Assembly: GCA_001794945.1 (NCBI GenBank)
Contig: MGMJ01000044.1
Location: 1,415-52,093 of the forward strand
DNA: 50,679 nucleotides
From: Chloroflexi bacterium GWC2_73_18
GTDB taxonomy: Bacteria > Chloroflexota > Limnocylindria > Limnocylindrales > CSP1-4
Direction: 5' to 3'
The position numbers were made by a program, and so were the translations under genes. The notes under the pieces were generated by a model that saw only the letters and a program-made list of their open reading frames with translations, ran no database searches and was not told where the DNA came from. Each line of letters starts with the position of its first letter. Position 1 is the first letter of the stretch. Shown one piece after another: positions 1 through 8,566 of this stretch.

Positions 1-1
1 G

Positions 2-565
2 ATCGAGGCAGCGGGCGGCGCCGTCGTCAGCGAACTGGCGCCCCGGGCGCGCCCGACCCACGGCACCTACCCGCGCCGCAACCGGCTGATCGCGGCCCTC
101 GCCGACCAGGTCGTCGTGGTGGAGGCGCCTCGACGGAGCGGTGCCCTCAACACCGCTCACTGGGCGGCCGAGCAGGGTCGCGACCTCTACGTCGCTCCGG
201 GACGGCCCGGCGACCGTGCCACGGCCGGGTGCCTCTACCTGCTGCACGACCTGCCGGACTGCCGCCCGGTCGTCGGTGTGCAGACGCTGCTCGAGGACCT
301 GGGCCTGGCGGGGGCTGCCGAAGGACAGGTCGTGGCGGGCGCCGGGGCCGGTCTCGCGGTCCTGGTCGGCGCGCTGCCGGCGACCGAGGGCGTTGTCGCC
401 GCCGGGCTGCGGGACGGTCCGACGACGCCGGACCGGCTGGCACGGACCACCGGCCTGCCGATCGAGCAGGTCGTCGCCGCGCTCGGCCTGCTCGAGCTGC
501 GCGGCTATGCCCGGGCGGCTGCGGGGCTCTACCTGCCGGCGGGCGACCTGGTGACCGGTGCCTGA
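2..565 (+). CDS. dprA: DNA-processing protein DprA/Smf, C-terminal part (5' end lies outside the window)
   Basis: The frame is open from the window edge. The translation ...GTYPRRNRLIAALADQVVVVEAPRRSGALNTAHWAAEQGRDLYVAPGR matches the conserved DprA core (FPxRNRxI...VvEA..SGaLiTA...GR.v.avPG). The gene lies upstream of topA, which is a common dprA context. Confidence 0.85.
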   Translation: MEAAGGAVVSELAPRARPTHGTYPRRNRLIAALADQVVVVEAPRRSGALNTAHWAAEQGRDLYVAPGRPGDRATAGCLYLLHDLPDCRPVVGVQTLLEDLGLAGAAEGQVVAGAGAGLAVLVGALPATEGVVAAGLRDGPTTPDRLARTTGLPIEQVVAALGLLELRGYARAAAGLYLPAGDLVTGA

Positions 566-586
566 GGTGGGGCCGGAGGCGGTCGG

Positions 587-611
587 GACGGCCGTGGCGA
601 AACGGGCCGTC
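587..611 (+). terminator. GC hairpin downstream of dprA (7-bp stem gacggcc/ggccgtc, 11-nt loop)
   Basis: An inverted repeat read directly from the sequence, 22 nt after the dprA stop. There is no U-tract, which is common in high-GC genomes. Confidence 0.25.
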
Positions 612-720
612 GGGCACTACCCGACCCTGCCGCGGCGCCGCAGATTCGGGGCGACGCGCAGGGTGGGCGTGTCACAGGCGGCGCGGCTCCGGCCGCGTCC
701 ATCCGGAAGGAGTCCTGACC

Positions 721-1347
721 GTGGCTCACGTGCATACGATGCCGGGCGCCCGGGCGATGCCCGCGGCGCAGCGTACGGCCGAGGTCGAGGCGGCCGCCCG
801 CGTGGCCGATCCCGCTCCCCTGGGGCTGGCGGCCTTCGCCCTCACGACCTTCGTGCTCTCGGTCGCCAACGCCGGCCTGATCGGTGCCAGCTCGATCCAG
901 GTCGTGCTCGGGCTGGCGCTCTTCTACGGCGGCCTCGCCCAGCTCCTGGCGGGGATGTGGGAGTTCCGCAACGGCAACACCTTCGGGGCGACCGCCTTCA
1001 GCTCGTACGGCGCCTTCTGGCTCAGCTTCGCCGCGTTCTCCTTCTGGTTCGCGCCGGGGCTCGAGGCGGCGGACAGGGCCGGCGCGACCGGCACGTTCCT
1101 GCTCGCCTGGGGGATCTTCACCGCCTACATGTGGATCGCCTCGCTCCGCCATGCCCCGTCGGTGATGATCGTCTTCCTGCTGCTGACGGTCACCTTCTTC
1201 GTCCTCTCGGCGAGCGATTTCGCGGCCAGCGAGCCGCTCCGGCGGCTGGGCGGGTACCTGGGCATCGCGACCGCCTTCGCCGCCTGGTACGCCTCCGCGG
1301 CGGCGGTCATCGACGAGGCGTTCGGCCGGCCGCTGCTGCCCCGCTGA
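721..1347 (+). CDS. satP: GPR1/FUN34/YaaH-family acetate/succinate channel
   Basis: The translation ...NPAPLGLAAFALTTFVLS...FYGGLAQLLAGMWEFRNGNTFGATAFSSYGAFWLS... carries the family signature (NPxPLGL ... FGxTAFxSYGxFW) and six hydrophobic segments. A GTG start at 721 lies 8 nt after AAGGAG (707-712). Alternative ATG starts are at 739 and 757. Confidence 0.8.
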   Translation: MAHVHTMPGARAMPAAQRTAEVEAAARVADPAPLGLAAFALTTFVLSVANAGLIGASSIQVVLGLALFYGGLAQLLAGMWEFRNGNTFGATAFSSYGAFWLSFAAFSFWFAPGLEAADRAGATGTFLLAWGIFTAYMWIASLRHAPSVMIVFLLLTVTFFVLSASDFAASEPLRRLGGYLGIATAFAAWYASAAAVIDEAFGRPLLPR

Positions 1348-1526
1348 ACCTCACGCCGCATCCGCCGGAGCGTCCCCCGGTGGGCTGCCGGTCCGCGCTC
1401 CGAACGGCCGGTTTGCGGCGACGGCGGCGCCTGTAGTACCCTGCCGCCATCAGACAGGGGTCCCGGCAGGGTCGGGAACAGCCCCACGATGCCGTCCTGA
1501 ACCAACGAGCCAGGAGCCTGTTCCTA

Positions 1527-3179
1527 TTGCATAGGGTCCTCGCCGCCGCGGCCGCCCTCGTCGTCCTCGCCCCCATCTATCTCACCCTCGTCGCGCGACG
1601 GGGCATCGTGGCGCGCCTCGCGCTGGCCCTCGGCATCGGCGGGATCCTCCTGACGACGGCTCTCGGCGCCACGAGCACCCCGGCCTCCGCTCACCTCACC
1701 GCCCCGGTCAGCGCCCAGCAGGTCGCCACCCTCGCCGCTCCGGTGCGAACCGGCTGGACGGCGCGCCAGGGGATCGAGCTCGGTTTCACCGTGGCCATGG
1801 ACCGCGCCTCGGTCGAGGCGGCGCTGCGGGTCTCACCGCAGAGCCGCTACCGGGTCGACTGGGACGCCGCCGGCACGATGGTGACGGTGCTTCCGGTGGG
1901 GACCTGGCAGCCCTCCACGATCTACACGATCTCGGTCGGGCCGGGCGCCCGCTCCCTCTCGGGTGCCCCGCTCGCCCGGATCTCGCCGGTGATCGTCTTC
2001 ACCGAGGCGGCCCCGACCGGACAGCTCGCCGCCACGGCGCCGCTGGGTGAGCGGGTCAGCCCCGAGACCGGCATCCGCATCACCTTCTCGCGGCCGGTCG
2101 ACCTGGCCAGCCTGCGCGCCGCCTTCTCGATCGAGCCGGCCGTCGCCGGCCACTTCGAGATCGTCGGCCGACGCGCCTCGCCGCGGACGGTGACGTGGTA
2201 CCCGGATGCGCCTCTCGTTCCCGACACCGAATACGCCATCACCTTCAGCCGCGCCGTGACCGACCGCGACGGCGTCGCCGTCGCCGACGCGCCGCGGCTC
2301 GTCGTGCGCACGATCGATCGGCCGGGGGTCGTCCGCTTCCGCCCGCGCGACCACGAGAACGGGATCGACCGCTACGCCCTCGTCAGCGTCCGCTTCACGC
2401 AACCGATGGACCGGGCCTCGACGGAGGCCGCCTTCAGCCTCTCCGGCGTCGACATGAAGAAGGGCAAGCTCTGGTGGGCCGAGAACGACACCGTGCTCGT
2501 CTTCGACTCGCCGGTCGCGCTGGAGTACGGCAAGGCCTACGTCATGACCGTCGCTCCGAGCGCGCGCTCCAAGACGGGTGTGCCGATCTCCGACGACCAG
2601 ACGGCCGTCGCCCGCACGGCCTTCCGTGTCGAACCGGCGCCGGTGATCCGACAGACCAGCGGCACCGGCGGCGGTGGCAGCGGGGGCAGCGGGGGCGGCG
2701 GGGGCAGCGGCGGCGGCGGCGGAGACACGAGCGGCGCGCCGTGGCTCGCCGCCGAGCAGCTCATGCTCCAGCTGGCTAACTGCACCCGCACCGGCGGCTG
2801 GGTCCTCTCCGACGGCAGCTGCCGCGGCTACGGTTCCAACGGCACCGCGCCGCTCGTCCTCGACAGCCGGATCTCCACCCTGGTCTCGCGGCCGTGGGCC
2901 AAGTACCTCGCCTCGACCGGCCAGCTCTACCACGGCGACCCGGGCTCGCGCCTTGCCAGCGCCGGGTACACCAACCGCTACTGGGGCGAGAACCTCACCT
3001 GGTACTCCGGGAGCCCGACCGCCGGCGCCATCGCCAGCGAGCTCTTCTACCAGAGCGAGAAGCCGTACAACGGCGGCCACTACCGCAACCTGATGGACGC
3101 GCGCTTCAAGCGCGTCGGGATCGGGGCCTGGGTCGTCGGCGGACGGATCTGGTTCGTCATGGACTTCTGGGGCGGCTGA
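1527..3179 (+). CDS. Exported/membrane-anchored protein: three SbsA-Ig-like (Big_5-type) repeats, a Gly/Ser linker and a C-terminal CAP/SCP (PR-1-like) domain
   Basis: There are N-terminal hydrophobic segments. A module of the form SP..G..V....I.I.FS.PMD..S occurs three times. The linker reads GTGGGGSGGSGGGGGSGGGGG. The C-terminus (...GENLTWYSG...SEKPYNGGHYRNLMDARFKRVGIGAWVVGGRIWFVMDFWGG) is CAP/YkwD-like. A TTG start at 1527 lies 10 nt after AGGAG (1512-1516). An alternative GTG at 1608 gives a classical signal peptide, MARLALALGIGGILLTTALGATSTPASA. Confidence 0.75.
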   Translation: MHRVLAAAAALVVLAPIYLTLVARRGIVARLALALGIGGILLTTALGATSTPASAHLTAPVSAQQVATLAAPVRTGWTARQGIELGFTVAMDRASVEAALRVSPQSRYRVDWDAAGTMVTVLPVGTWQPSTIYTISVGPGARSLSGAPLARISPVIVFTEAAPTGQLAATAPLGERVSPETGIRITFSRPVDLASLRAAFSIEPAVAGHFEIVGRRASPRTVTWYPDAPLVPDTEYAITFSRAVTDRDGVAVADAPRLVVRTIDRPGVVRFRPRDHENGIDRYALVSVRFTQPMDRASTEAAFSLSGVDMKKGKLWWAENDTVLVFDSPVALEYGKAYVMTVAPSARSKTGVPISDDQTAVARTAFRVEPAPVIRQTSGTGGGGSGGSGGGGGSGGGGGDTSGAPWLAAEQLMLQLANCTRTGGWVLSDGSCRGYGSNGTAPLVLDSRISTLVSRPWAKYLASTGQLYHGDPGSRLASAGYTNRYWGENLTWYSGSPTAGAIASELFYQSEKPYNGGHYRNLMDARFKRVGIGAWVVGGRIWFVMDFWGG

Positions 3180-3204
3180 GCGCGGCGCCCCGGCGGGCCT
3201 GGCG

Positions 3205-3507
3205 ATGATCCGCGGCGCGGTGATCCATCTGCTCGAAGCGCAGCCTCTGCTGGCCGACCTGCCGGCGCTCCCGGCGGCGGCCGACACGCTGCTGGTCTGC
3301 ACCAACCTGCGCGACCTGAGCGGCAAGCGACCGACCTTCATCGACAGCAGCGACTCGACCTTCGTCATCCCCTGGCCGACGATCCGCTTCGTGGAGATCC
3401 CGGCCGGCGCCGCCGAGGAGACGGCCAGGCTGGCCGCCGCCGAGGCCGAGGCGGCGGAACCGCTGGAGCTCGACGAGGACTTCCTGCGCCGGATACGCGA
3501 GGCCTGA
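3205..3507 (+). CDS. Hypothetical 100-aa protein with an acidic C-terminal tail
   Basis: The ORF has strong GC3 codon bias like its neighbours and fills the gap before topA. I recognise no domain (MIRGAVIHLLEAQPLLADLP...FVIPWPTIRFVEIP...ELDEDFLRRIREA). Confidence 0.5.
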   Translation: MIRGAVIHLLEAQPLLADLPALPAAADTLLVCTNLRDLSGKRPTFIDSSDSTFVIPWPTIRFVEIPAGAAEETARLAAAEAEAAEPLELDEDFLRRIREA

Positions 3508-3569
3508 GCGCGCTCTCCGCCGCGCGCCGCGCCCAGGCCGGAGTAAGCGGGCGCCAAGAGGGCCGATGC

Positions 3570-3575
3570 TACACT
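3570..3575 (+). promoter_or_regulatory. Candidate -10 hexamer TACACT for a leaderless topA transcript
   Basis: TACACT is followed by 8 nt and then ATG 3584, which gives the canonical TopA N-terminus MKSLVVVESPAKAKTI. There is no Shine-Dalgarno sequence. Confidence 0.35.
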
Positions 3576-3583
3576 CCGGCCCG

Positions 3584-5998
3584 ATGAAGAGCCTGGTCGT
3601 GGTCGAATCCCCGGCGAAGGCGAAGACGATCGAGCGCTACCTCGGCGCCGATTTCCGCGTCCTCGCCTCGTACGGGCATGTGCGCGACCTGCCGGAGAAC
3701 CCCGGCAAGGGGAAGCTCGGGGTCGACGTCGAGCACGACTTCGCGCCGGAGTACGTCGTCGTCGACGAGCGCCGCCGCCAGGTCGAGGCGATCGCCCGTG
3801 CCGCGCGGTCGGCCGAGGCGGTCTACCTCGCCACCGACCTCGACCGCGAGGGGGAGGCGATCGCCTGGCACGTGGCCGAGGCGGCCCGCATCCCGCACGA
3901 GAAGGCGCTGCGGGTCACCTTCAGCGAGATCACCCCGGGCGCGATCCGCGACGCCTTCGCCCATCCGCGCGGCATCAACCGTGACCTCGTCGACGCCCAG
4001 CAGGCGCGCCGGGTGGTCGATCGGCTGGTCGGCTACACGCTCAGCCCGCTCCTCGGCAAGAAGGTCCGTGCCGGTCTTTCGGCCGGGCGGGTCCAGTCGG
4101 TCGCCGTCCGCCTCGTCGTCGATCGCGAGCGGGAGATCGCCGAGTTCGTGCCACGCGAGTACTGGACGCTCCAGGCCTTGCTCCGTGCTCCGGACGGCAC
4201 GCAGTTCGCCGCGGAGCTGGTGCGGATCGACGGTGAGAAGGCCGAGGTCGGCGACGAGGCGGAGGCGCGTGGTCATGCCGCGGCGATCCGGTCGGCCGTA
4301 GCGACGGTGACGCAGGTGGCGGTGACGGGCCGTCGCCGCGCGCCGGCGCCGCCGTTCACCACCAGCACGCTCCAGCAGGAGGCGAGCCGCAAGCTCGGCT
4401 TCTCGCCGAAGCGGACGATGAGCGTCGCCCAGCGGCTCTACGAGGGCGTCGAGACGGCCGAGGGGCAGGTCGGCCTGATCACCTACATGCGCACCGACTC
4501 GGTCACGATCGCCGGCGTGGCCATGGGCGAGGCGCGCGAGACGATCCGCGAGCGCTTCGGGTCGGACTACGCGCTGGCCCGCGGCCGGGCCCACCGGACC
4601 CGCACGCGGGGCGCACAGGAGGCGCACGAGGCGATTCGCCCGACCTCGTTCCGACGCGATCCCGACGCGCTGGGCGCGCATCTCTCGCGCGACGAGGCGC
4701 GCCTCTACCGCCTCATCTGGCAGCGTGCCCTGGCCAGCCAGATGGCCGACAAGCGGATCGAGACGACGACGGTCGAGATCGAGGCCGGTCGCTACGGCCT
4801 GCGCGCCGGCGCCTCGCGCACGATCTTCGATGGATTTGCCCGCGTCTACACCGAGGGCCGCGACGACGGCGAGGAGGAGGCCGAGCGCCGCCTGCCTCCG
4901 CTCGCCGAGGGCGGCCGCGTCGGCGTCCTCGACGTCGTCGCCGACCAGCACTTCACCGAGCCGCCACCCCGCTACACCGAGGCGGGCCTGATCAGGGCGC
5001 TCGAGGAACACGGGATCGGGCGTCCCTCGACCTATGCGGCGACCCTCTCGACGATCGTCGACCGCGGCTACGTGAGGGTCGAGAAGGGGCGTCTCCGACC
5101 CGAGCCGGTGGCCGAGGTGGTGACCGACCTGCTCGTCCGTCACTTCGCCGAGTTCGTGGATCCCGAGTTCACGGCCCGTCTCGAGGAGGACCTCGACGCC
5201 GTGGCCGCCGGCCGCCGCGAATGGGTGCCGCTGCTGCGCGACTTCTACGAGCCGTTCCGCCGGCAGGTCGACACGGTACGAAAGACGACGCGCCGGCGCG
5301 ATTTCACCACCGAGCCGTCCGGCGAGACCTGCTCCGAGGGACATCCGATGGTGATCCGGCTGGGGCGCTCGGGCCGCTTCCTCGCCTGCTCGCTCTACCC
5401 GGAACACCGCGAGACGCGCGAGCTCCCGGTCGAGCAGGGCGGCGTCCCGGCGCCGGCCGAGCTGCCGGGGACCGGGGAGCCGTGCCCCGTGTGCGGTACC
5501 ACCGAGGGCGGTCTGCTGGCGACGCGGCGGAGCCGCTTCGGCCCCTTCCTCGGCTGCGGGCGCTACCCGGCCTGCGCATACATCCGCCGCGCTGAACGTC
5601 CGGCCGTCGCCCAGCTGGCCTTCGAGGTGCGCTGCCCGACCTGCCGGGAGGGCCATCTCGTGGCGCGCCGGGCGCGGCGGAACCGGTCGGTCTTCTGGGG
5701 CTGTTCGCGCTACCCGCGGTGCGACTTCGCCACCTCCCACGAACCGCTCGGCCCGGTGCACGACGTGGACGGGGCGGCCGTCGCCCGCCGGGGCGAGGCC
5801 GCCCTCTGCCTCGGTTGCGGGGCGCCGGTGGAGGTGCCCGGGGGCACCGCTCCGGGCAGCCCGCTACCCGGCGGCTCGCCCGACCCGGAGGCGATCCGCC
5901 GGCGCGCCCCGGTGGCGCGGCGGAGCGCACGCGGCTCGCGCGGGAGGGGCGCGGGACGTCCGGTGGCGGGCCGCCGCGCGGCGGCGCCGCGGGCGTGA
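3584..5998 (+). CDS. topA: DNA topoisomerase I
   Basis: The evidence is the TOPRIM N-terminus VVVESPAKAKTIERYLG, the active-site region LITYMRTDS, C-terminal zinc ribbons (CPVCG...GCGRYPAC and CPTCREG...GCSRYPRC) and an Arg-rich tail. An upstream in-frame ATG at 3566 is an alternative start. Confidence 0.95.
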   Translation: MKSLVVVESPAKAKTIERYLGADFRVLASYGHVRDLPENPGKGKLGVDVEHDFAPEYVVVDERRRQVEAIARAARSAEAVYLATDLDREGEAIAWHVAEAARIPHEKALRVTFSEITPGAIRDAFAHPRGINRDLVDAQQARRVVDRLVGYTLSPLLGKKVRAGLSAGRVQSVAVRLVVDREREIAEFVPREYWTLQALLRAPDGTQFAAELVRIDGEKAEVGDEAEARGHAAAIRSAVATVTQVAVTGRRRAPAPPFTTSTLQQEASRKLGFSPKRTMSVAQRLYEGVETAEGQVGLITYMRTDSVTIAGVAMGEARETIRERFGSDYALARGRAHRTRTRGAQEAHEAIRPTSFRRDPDALGAHLSRDEARLYRLIWQRALASQMADKRIETTTVEIEAGRYGLRAGASRTIFDGFARVYTEGRDDGEEEAERRLPPLAEGGRVGVLDVVADQHFTEPPPRYTEAGLIRALEEHGIGRPSTYAATLSTIVDRGYVRVEKGRLRPEPVAEVVTDLLVRHFAEFVDPEFTARLEEDLDAVAAGRREWVPLLRDFYEPFRRQVDTVRKTTRRRDFTTEPSGETCSEGHPMVIRLGRSGRFLACSLYPEHRETRELPVEQGGVPAPAELPGTGEPCPVCGTTEGGLLATRRSRFGPFLGCGRYPACAYIRRAERPAVAQLAFEVRCPTCREGHLVARRARRNRSVFWGCSRYPRCDFATSHEPLGPVHDVDGAAVARRGEAALCLGCGAPVEVPGGTAPGSPLPGGSPDPEAIRRRAPVARRSARGSRGRGAGRPVAGRRAAAPRA

Positions 5999-6963
5999 CG
6001 GGCGCCGAGGCGCTCGACCGGTTCCTGCGCGCCCTCGAGGCGCGCCAGGCCTCGCCACACACCCGGCGTGCCTACCGCAGCGCCGTCGGCGCCTTCCTGG
6101 CGTGGCTGGAGGGGCGCGGGGAGCCCTGGCAGGGTCCGCCGCGGGCGAGCCTGCGGCGCTACCTGGCCGAGTGGGCCGACCGCGGCCTCGCGCGCTCCTC
6201 GATCGTCAGCCGGCTCGCCGCGTTGCGCAGCTTCTACCGGCACGCGCGGCGGCAGGGCTGGGTGACCGGCGATCCGTGGGGTGCCGTCGCCACGCCTCGC
6301 CAACCGCGACGCTTGCCGCGGGCGCTCGGCCGCGAGGAGGTGGAGGCGCTGCTGGAGGGCCCCGGTCCGGGCGAGGCCGAGATGGACGAGGCGGGGAACC
6401 CGGCGCGGCCCCTGCCGGCCGCGCTGGCGGGCCGAGACCGGGCACTCTGGGAGACCGCGTACGCGGCCGGGCTGCGCGTCTCGGAGCTGGCCGGGGCCAC
6501 CGTCGCCGACCTCGACCTGCGGCGTGGCGAGCTGCGCGTGCTGGGGAAGGGCGCCAGGGAGCGCATCGGCCTGCTCGGGCGACCGGCGCGCGAGGCGCTG
6601 GCGGACTACCTGACGGAGGCGCGCCCGCTGCTCGCCGCCCGCGGCCCGGCCGGCGACGCGCTCTTCCTCAACCACCGCGGCGCCCCGCTCGGCGTCCGTG
6701 GCATCCGCTACCGCCTGGAGCGGTGGCGCGTCGCCGCCGGCCTGCCGGCCGGCGTCAGCCCGCACACGCTGCGCCACTCCTTCGCCACGCACCTGCTCGA
6801 CGGTGGCGCCGACCTGCGGGTGGTCCAGGAGCTGCTCGGGCACGTCAGCCTGGCGACGACCCAGGTCTACACGCACGTCTCGCCGGGGCGGCTGCGCGCG
6901 GCGTACCGGCGGGCCCACCCGCGTGCCGGCTCGAGCGACCCGGCCGGCCCGCGCCGAGGGTGA
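5995..6963 (+). CDS. xerC: Tyrosine recombinase, XerC/XerD family
   Basis: The N-terminal SAM-like domain reads LDRFLRALEARQASPHTRRAYRSAVGAFLAWL. The catalytic C-terminus reads HTLRHSFATHLLDGGADLRVVQELLGHVSLATTQVYTHV. GTG 5995 overlaps the topA stop (GTGA). Confidence 0.85.
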   Translation: MTGAEALDRFLRALEARQASPHTRRAYRSAVGAFLAWLEGRGEPWQGPPRASLRRYLAEWADRGLARSSIVSRLAALRSFYRHARRQGWVTGDPWGAVATPRQPRRLPRALGREEVEALLEGPGPGEAEMDEAGNPARPLPAALAGRDRALWETAYAAGLRVSELAGATVADLDLRRGELRVLGKGARERIGLLGRPAREALADYLTEARPLLAARGPAGDALFLNHRGAPLGVRGIRYRLERWRVAAGLPAGVSPHTLRHSFATHLLDGGADLRVVQELLGHVSLATTQVYTHVSPGRLRAAYRRAHPRAGSSDPAGPRRG

Positions 6964-8534
6964 CCGTGACCGGTCGCGCGATCGCTCGCGCGGGTCTCGT
7001 CGTCACGGCCGCGTTCTTCGCCTCGCGCGTCCTCGGCTGGCTCCGCCTGGCGATCATCGGCACGCAGTTCGGGGCGAGCCCCGAGCTGGACGCCTACTTC
7101 GCCGCCTTCCGCATCCCCGACGCCATCTTCCAGTTCGTCGCTGCCGGGGCGCTCGCCTCGGCGCTCATCCCGGTGCTGACGGGGCTGCTGACGGCGGGGG
7201 AGGACGCACGCGCCTGGCGCGTCGTCTCGACCGTCGCCAACCTGATGCTCCTGGCGTTGCTGGTGCTGGCCGGCGCGTTCGCTCTCGCCGCGCCGGTGCT
7301 GATGCCGGCGATCACGCCCGGCTTCGACGCCGCCCAGACGGCGCGCACCGTGGAGCTGACGCGGATCATGCTCCTCTCGCCCGTCTTCCTGGCGCTCGGT
7401 GCGGTCGCCACCAGCGTTCTCAACACGCTCGGGCGGTTCGGTGCATCGGCGCTCGCCCCGATCGTCTACAACCTGGGGATCATCGCCGGTGCCGTCTTCC
7501 TCGCCCCCCGGATGGGTGTCAGCGGGCTGGCCGTGGGCGTCGTCCTCGGTGCCATCGGGCACCTGGCGGTGCAGGTGCCGCCCCTACGCGGACGGATGCG
7601 GTACGCGGCGGCGATCGACCCGGCCGACCCGGCGGCGCGCCAGACCTTCCTCCTCCTCGTGCCGCGCACGATCGGCCTGGCGGCCGGTCAGATCACCTTC
7701 CTCGTCAACACGAGTTTCGCCTCGGGCCTCGCCAGCGGGGCGATCACCGCCTACAACGTCGCCTTCACCGCGCTGCAGATCCCGATCGGCCTGATCGGCG
7801 TCCCGCTCGGGGTCGTTCTCCTCCCGTCCATGGCACAGGCGATCGCCGGGGGCGCCACGGCGCGATTCGCCGACCTGGTGCTCCGCTCGCTCCGGCTGAT
7901 CGCCTTCGTCATGCTGCCGCTCACCGGGCTGATGATGGTCCTGCGGCGCGAGGGCGTGGCGCTCCTCTTCGAGAGCGGGCGTTTCGACGCGAAGGCGGTC
8001 GAGCTGACCGCCGATGCGCTCCTCGTCTTCCTCGTCGGCCTCAGCGCCCACGCCATGATCGCCATCCTGGCGCCGGCCTTCTATGCCGGCAAGGACACGC
8101 GGACGCCGGTCCTGGCCGCGATCCTCGCGGTCGGCGTGAACGTCGCCATCGCCGCCCTGACGGTCGGGCCGCTCGGCCTGCGCGGGCTCGCCCTGGCGAT
8201 CGCCGCGGGCGCCTGGCTGGAGGTCGGCGTCCTGCTCGTGCTCCTGCGGCGGCGGGCGCCCGAGGTGGCGCTGGGACGGCTCGCCCGGGGGACCACCGTC
8301 TTCGCCGGAGGCGCCCTGCTCGCGGCGGGCGTGGCGCTCCTCGCGGCGCGGCTGCTCGACCCGTTGCTGGCGCCGGGCGCCGGGAAGGCGGCGCTCCTGG
8401 TCGGGCTGGCGCTCGCCGGCGCGGCGGCCACGGCGACCTATGTCGCCTACGCGGCGGTGCTGCGGATCCCGGAGTTGCCGGCGCTGGCGTCGCTCCTGCA
8501 CGACGCGCTCGGCCGGCGGAAGGGCCCGGCGTGA
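6960..8534 (+). CDS. murJ: Lipid II flippase MurJ/MviN
   Basis: The translation is ...FFASRVLGWLRLAIIGTQFGASPELDAYFAAFRIPDAIFQFVAAGALASALIPVL..., with about 14 predicted TM segments. GTG 6960 overlaps the xerC stop (GTGA). An alternative GTG is at 6966. Confidence 0.9.
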   Translation: MTVTGRAIARAGLVVTAAFFASRVLGWLRLAIIGTQFGASPELDAYFAAFRIPDAIFQFVAAGALASALIPVLTGLLTAGEDARAWRVVSTVANLMLLALLVLAGAFALAAPVLMPAITPGFDAAQTARTVELTRIMLLSPVFLALGAVATSVLNTLGRFGASALAPIVYNLGIIAGAVFLAPRMGVSGLAVGVVLGAIGHLAVQVPPLRGRMRYAAAIDPADPAARQTFLLLVPRTIGLAAGQITFLVNTSFASGLASGAITAYNVAFTALQIPIGLIGVPLGVVLLPSMAQAIAGGATARFADLVLRSLRLIAFVMLPLTGLMMVLRREGVALLFESGRFDAKAVELTADALLVFLVGLSAHAMIAILAPAFYAGKDTRTPVLAAILAVGVNVAIAALTVGPLGLRGLALAIAAGAWLEVGVLLVLLRRRAPEVALGRLARGTTVFAGGALLAAGVALLAARLLDPLLAPGAGKAALLVGLALAGAAATATYVAYAAVLRIPELPALASLLHDALGRRKGPA

Positions 8535-8566
8535 GCGACGATGCGCCCGTGAGCGACGATGCGCCC
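8531..8566 (+). repeat. Perfect 18-bp tandem duplication, gtgagcgacgatgcgccc x2
   Basis: Read directly from the sequence: 8531-8548 equals 8549-8566. It encodes VSDDAP-VSDDAP. The first copy contains the GTGA junction between the murJ stop and the next gene's start. Confidence 0.95.

Noticed and set aside
2659-2725. GGC/GGG/AGC-rich low-complexity DNA that looked like a microsatellite or spacer-repeat array.
   Set aside because: It is in frame within the CAP-domain protein and encodes a Gly/Ser linker (GTGGGGSGGSGGGGGSGGGGG). It has no repeat-spacer periodicity.
5995-6963. Two tyrosine recombinase genes (5995-6963 and 44692-45657) considered as possible integrases marking an integrated mobile element.
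   Set aside because: Both carry the XerC/XerD-type C-terminus (HTLRHSFATHLL.GGADLRVVQELLGH.S..TTQ.YTH). Both are translationally coupled to housekeeping genes. Neither is flanked by tRNA genes, direct repeats, phage genes or a compositional shift.
6102-8534. Huge N-terminal extensions in the ORF track. Examples are the 810-aa 'MurJ', the 1005-aa ORF 6698-9715, the 820-aa ORF 9372-11834 and the 911-aa ORF 10694-13429.
   Set aside because: The upstream portions overlap the preceding genes out of frame and translate to Arg/Pro/Gly-rich nonsense. Recognisable homology begins exactly at GTG/ATG codons that overlap the upstream stop (NTGA).
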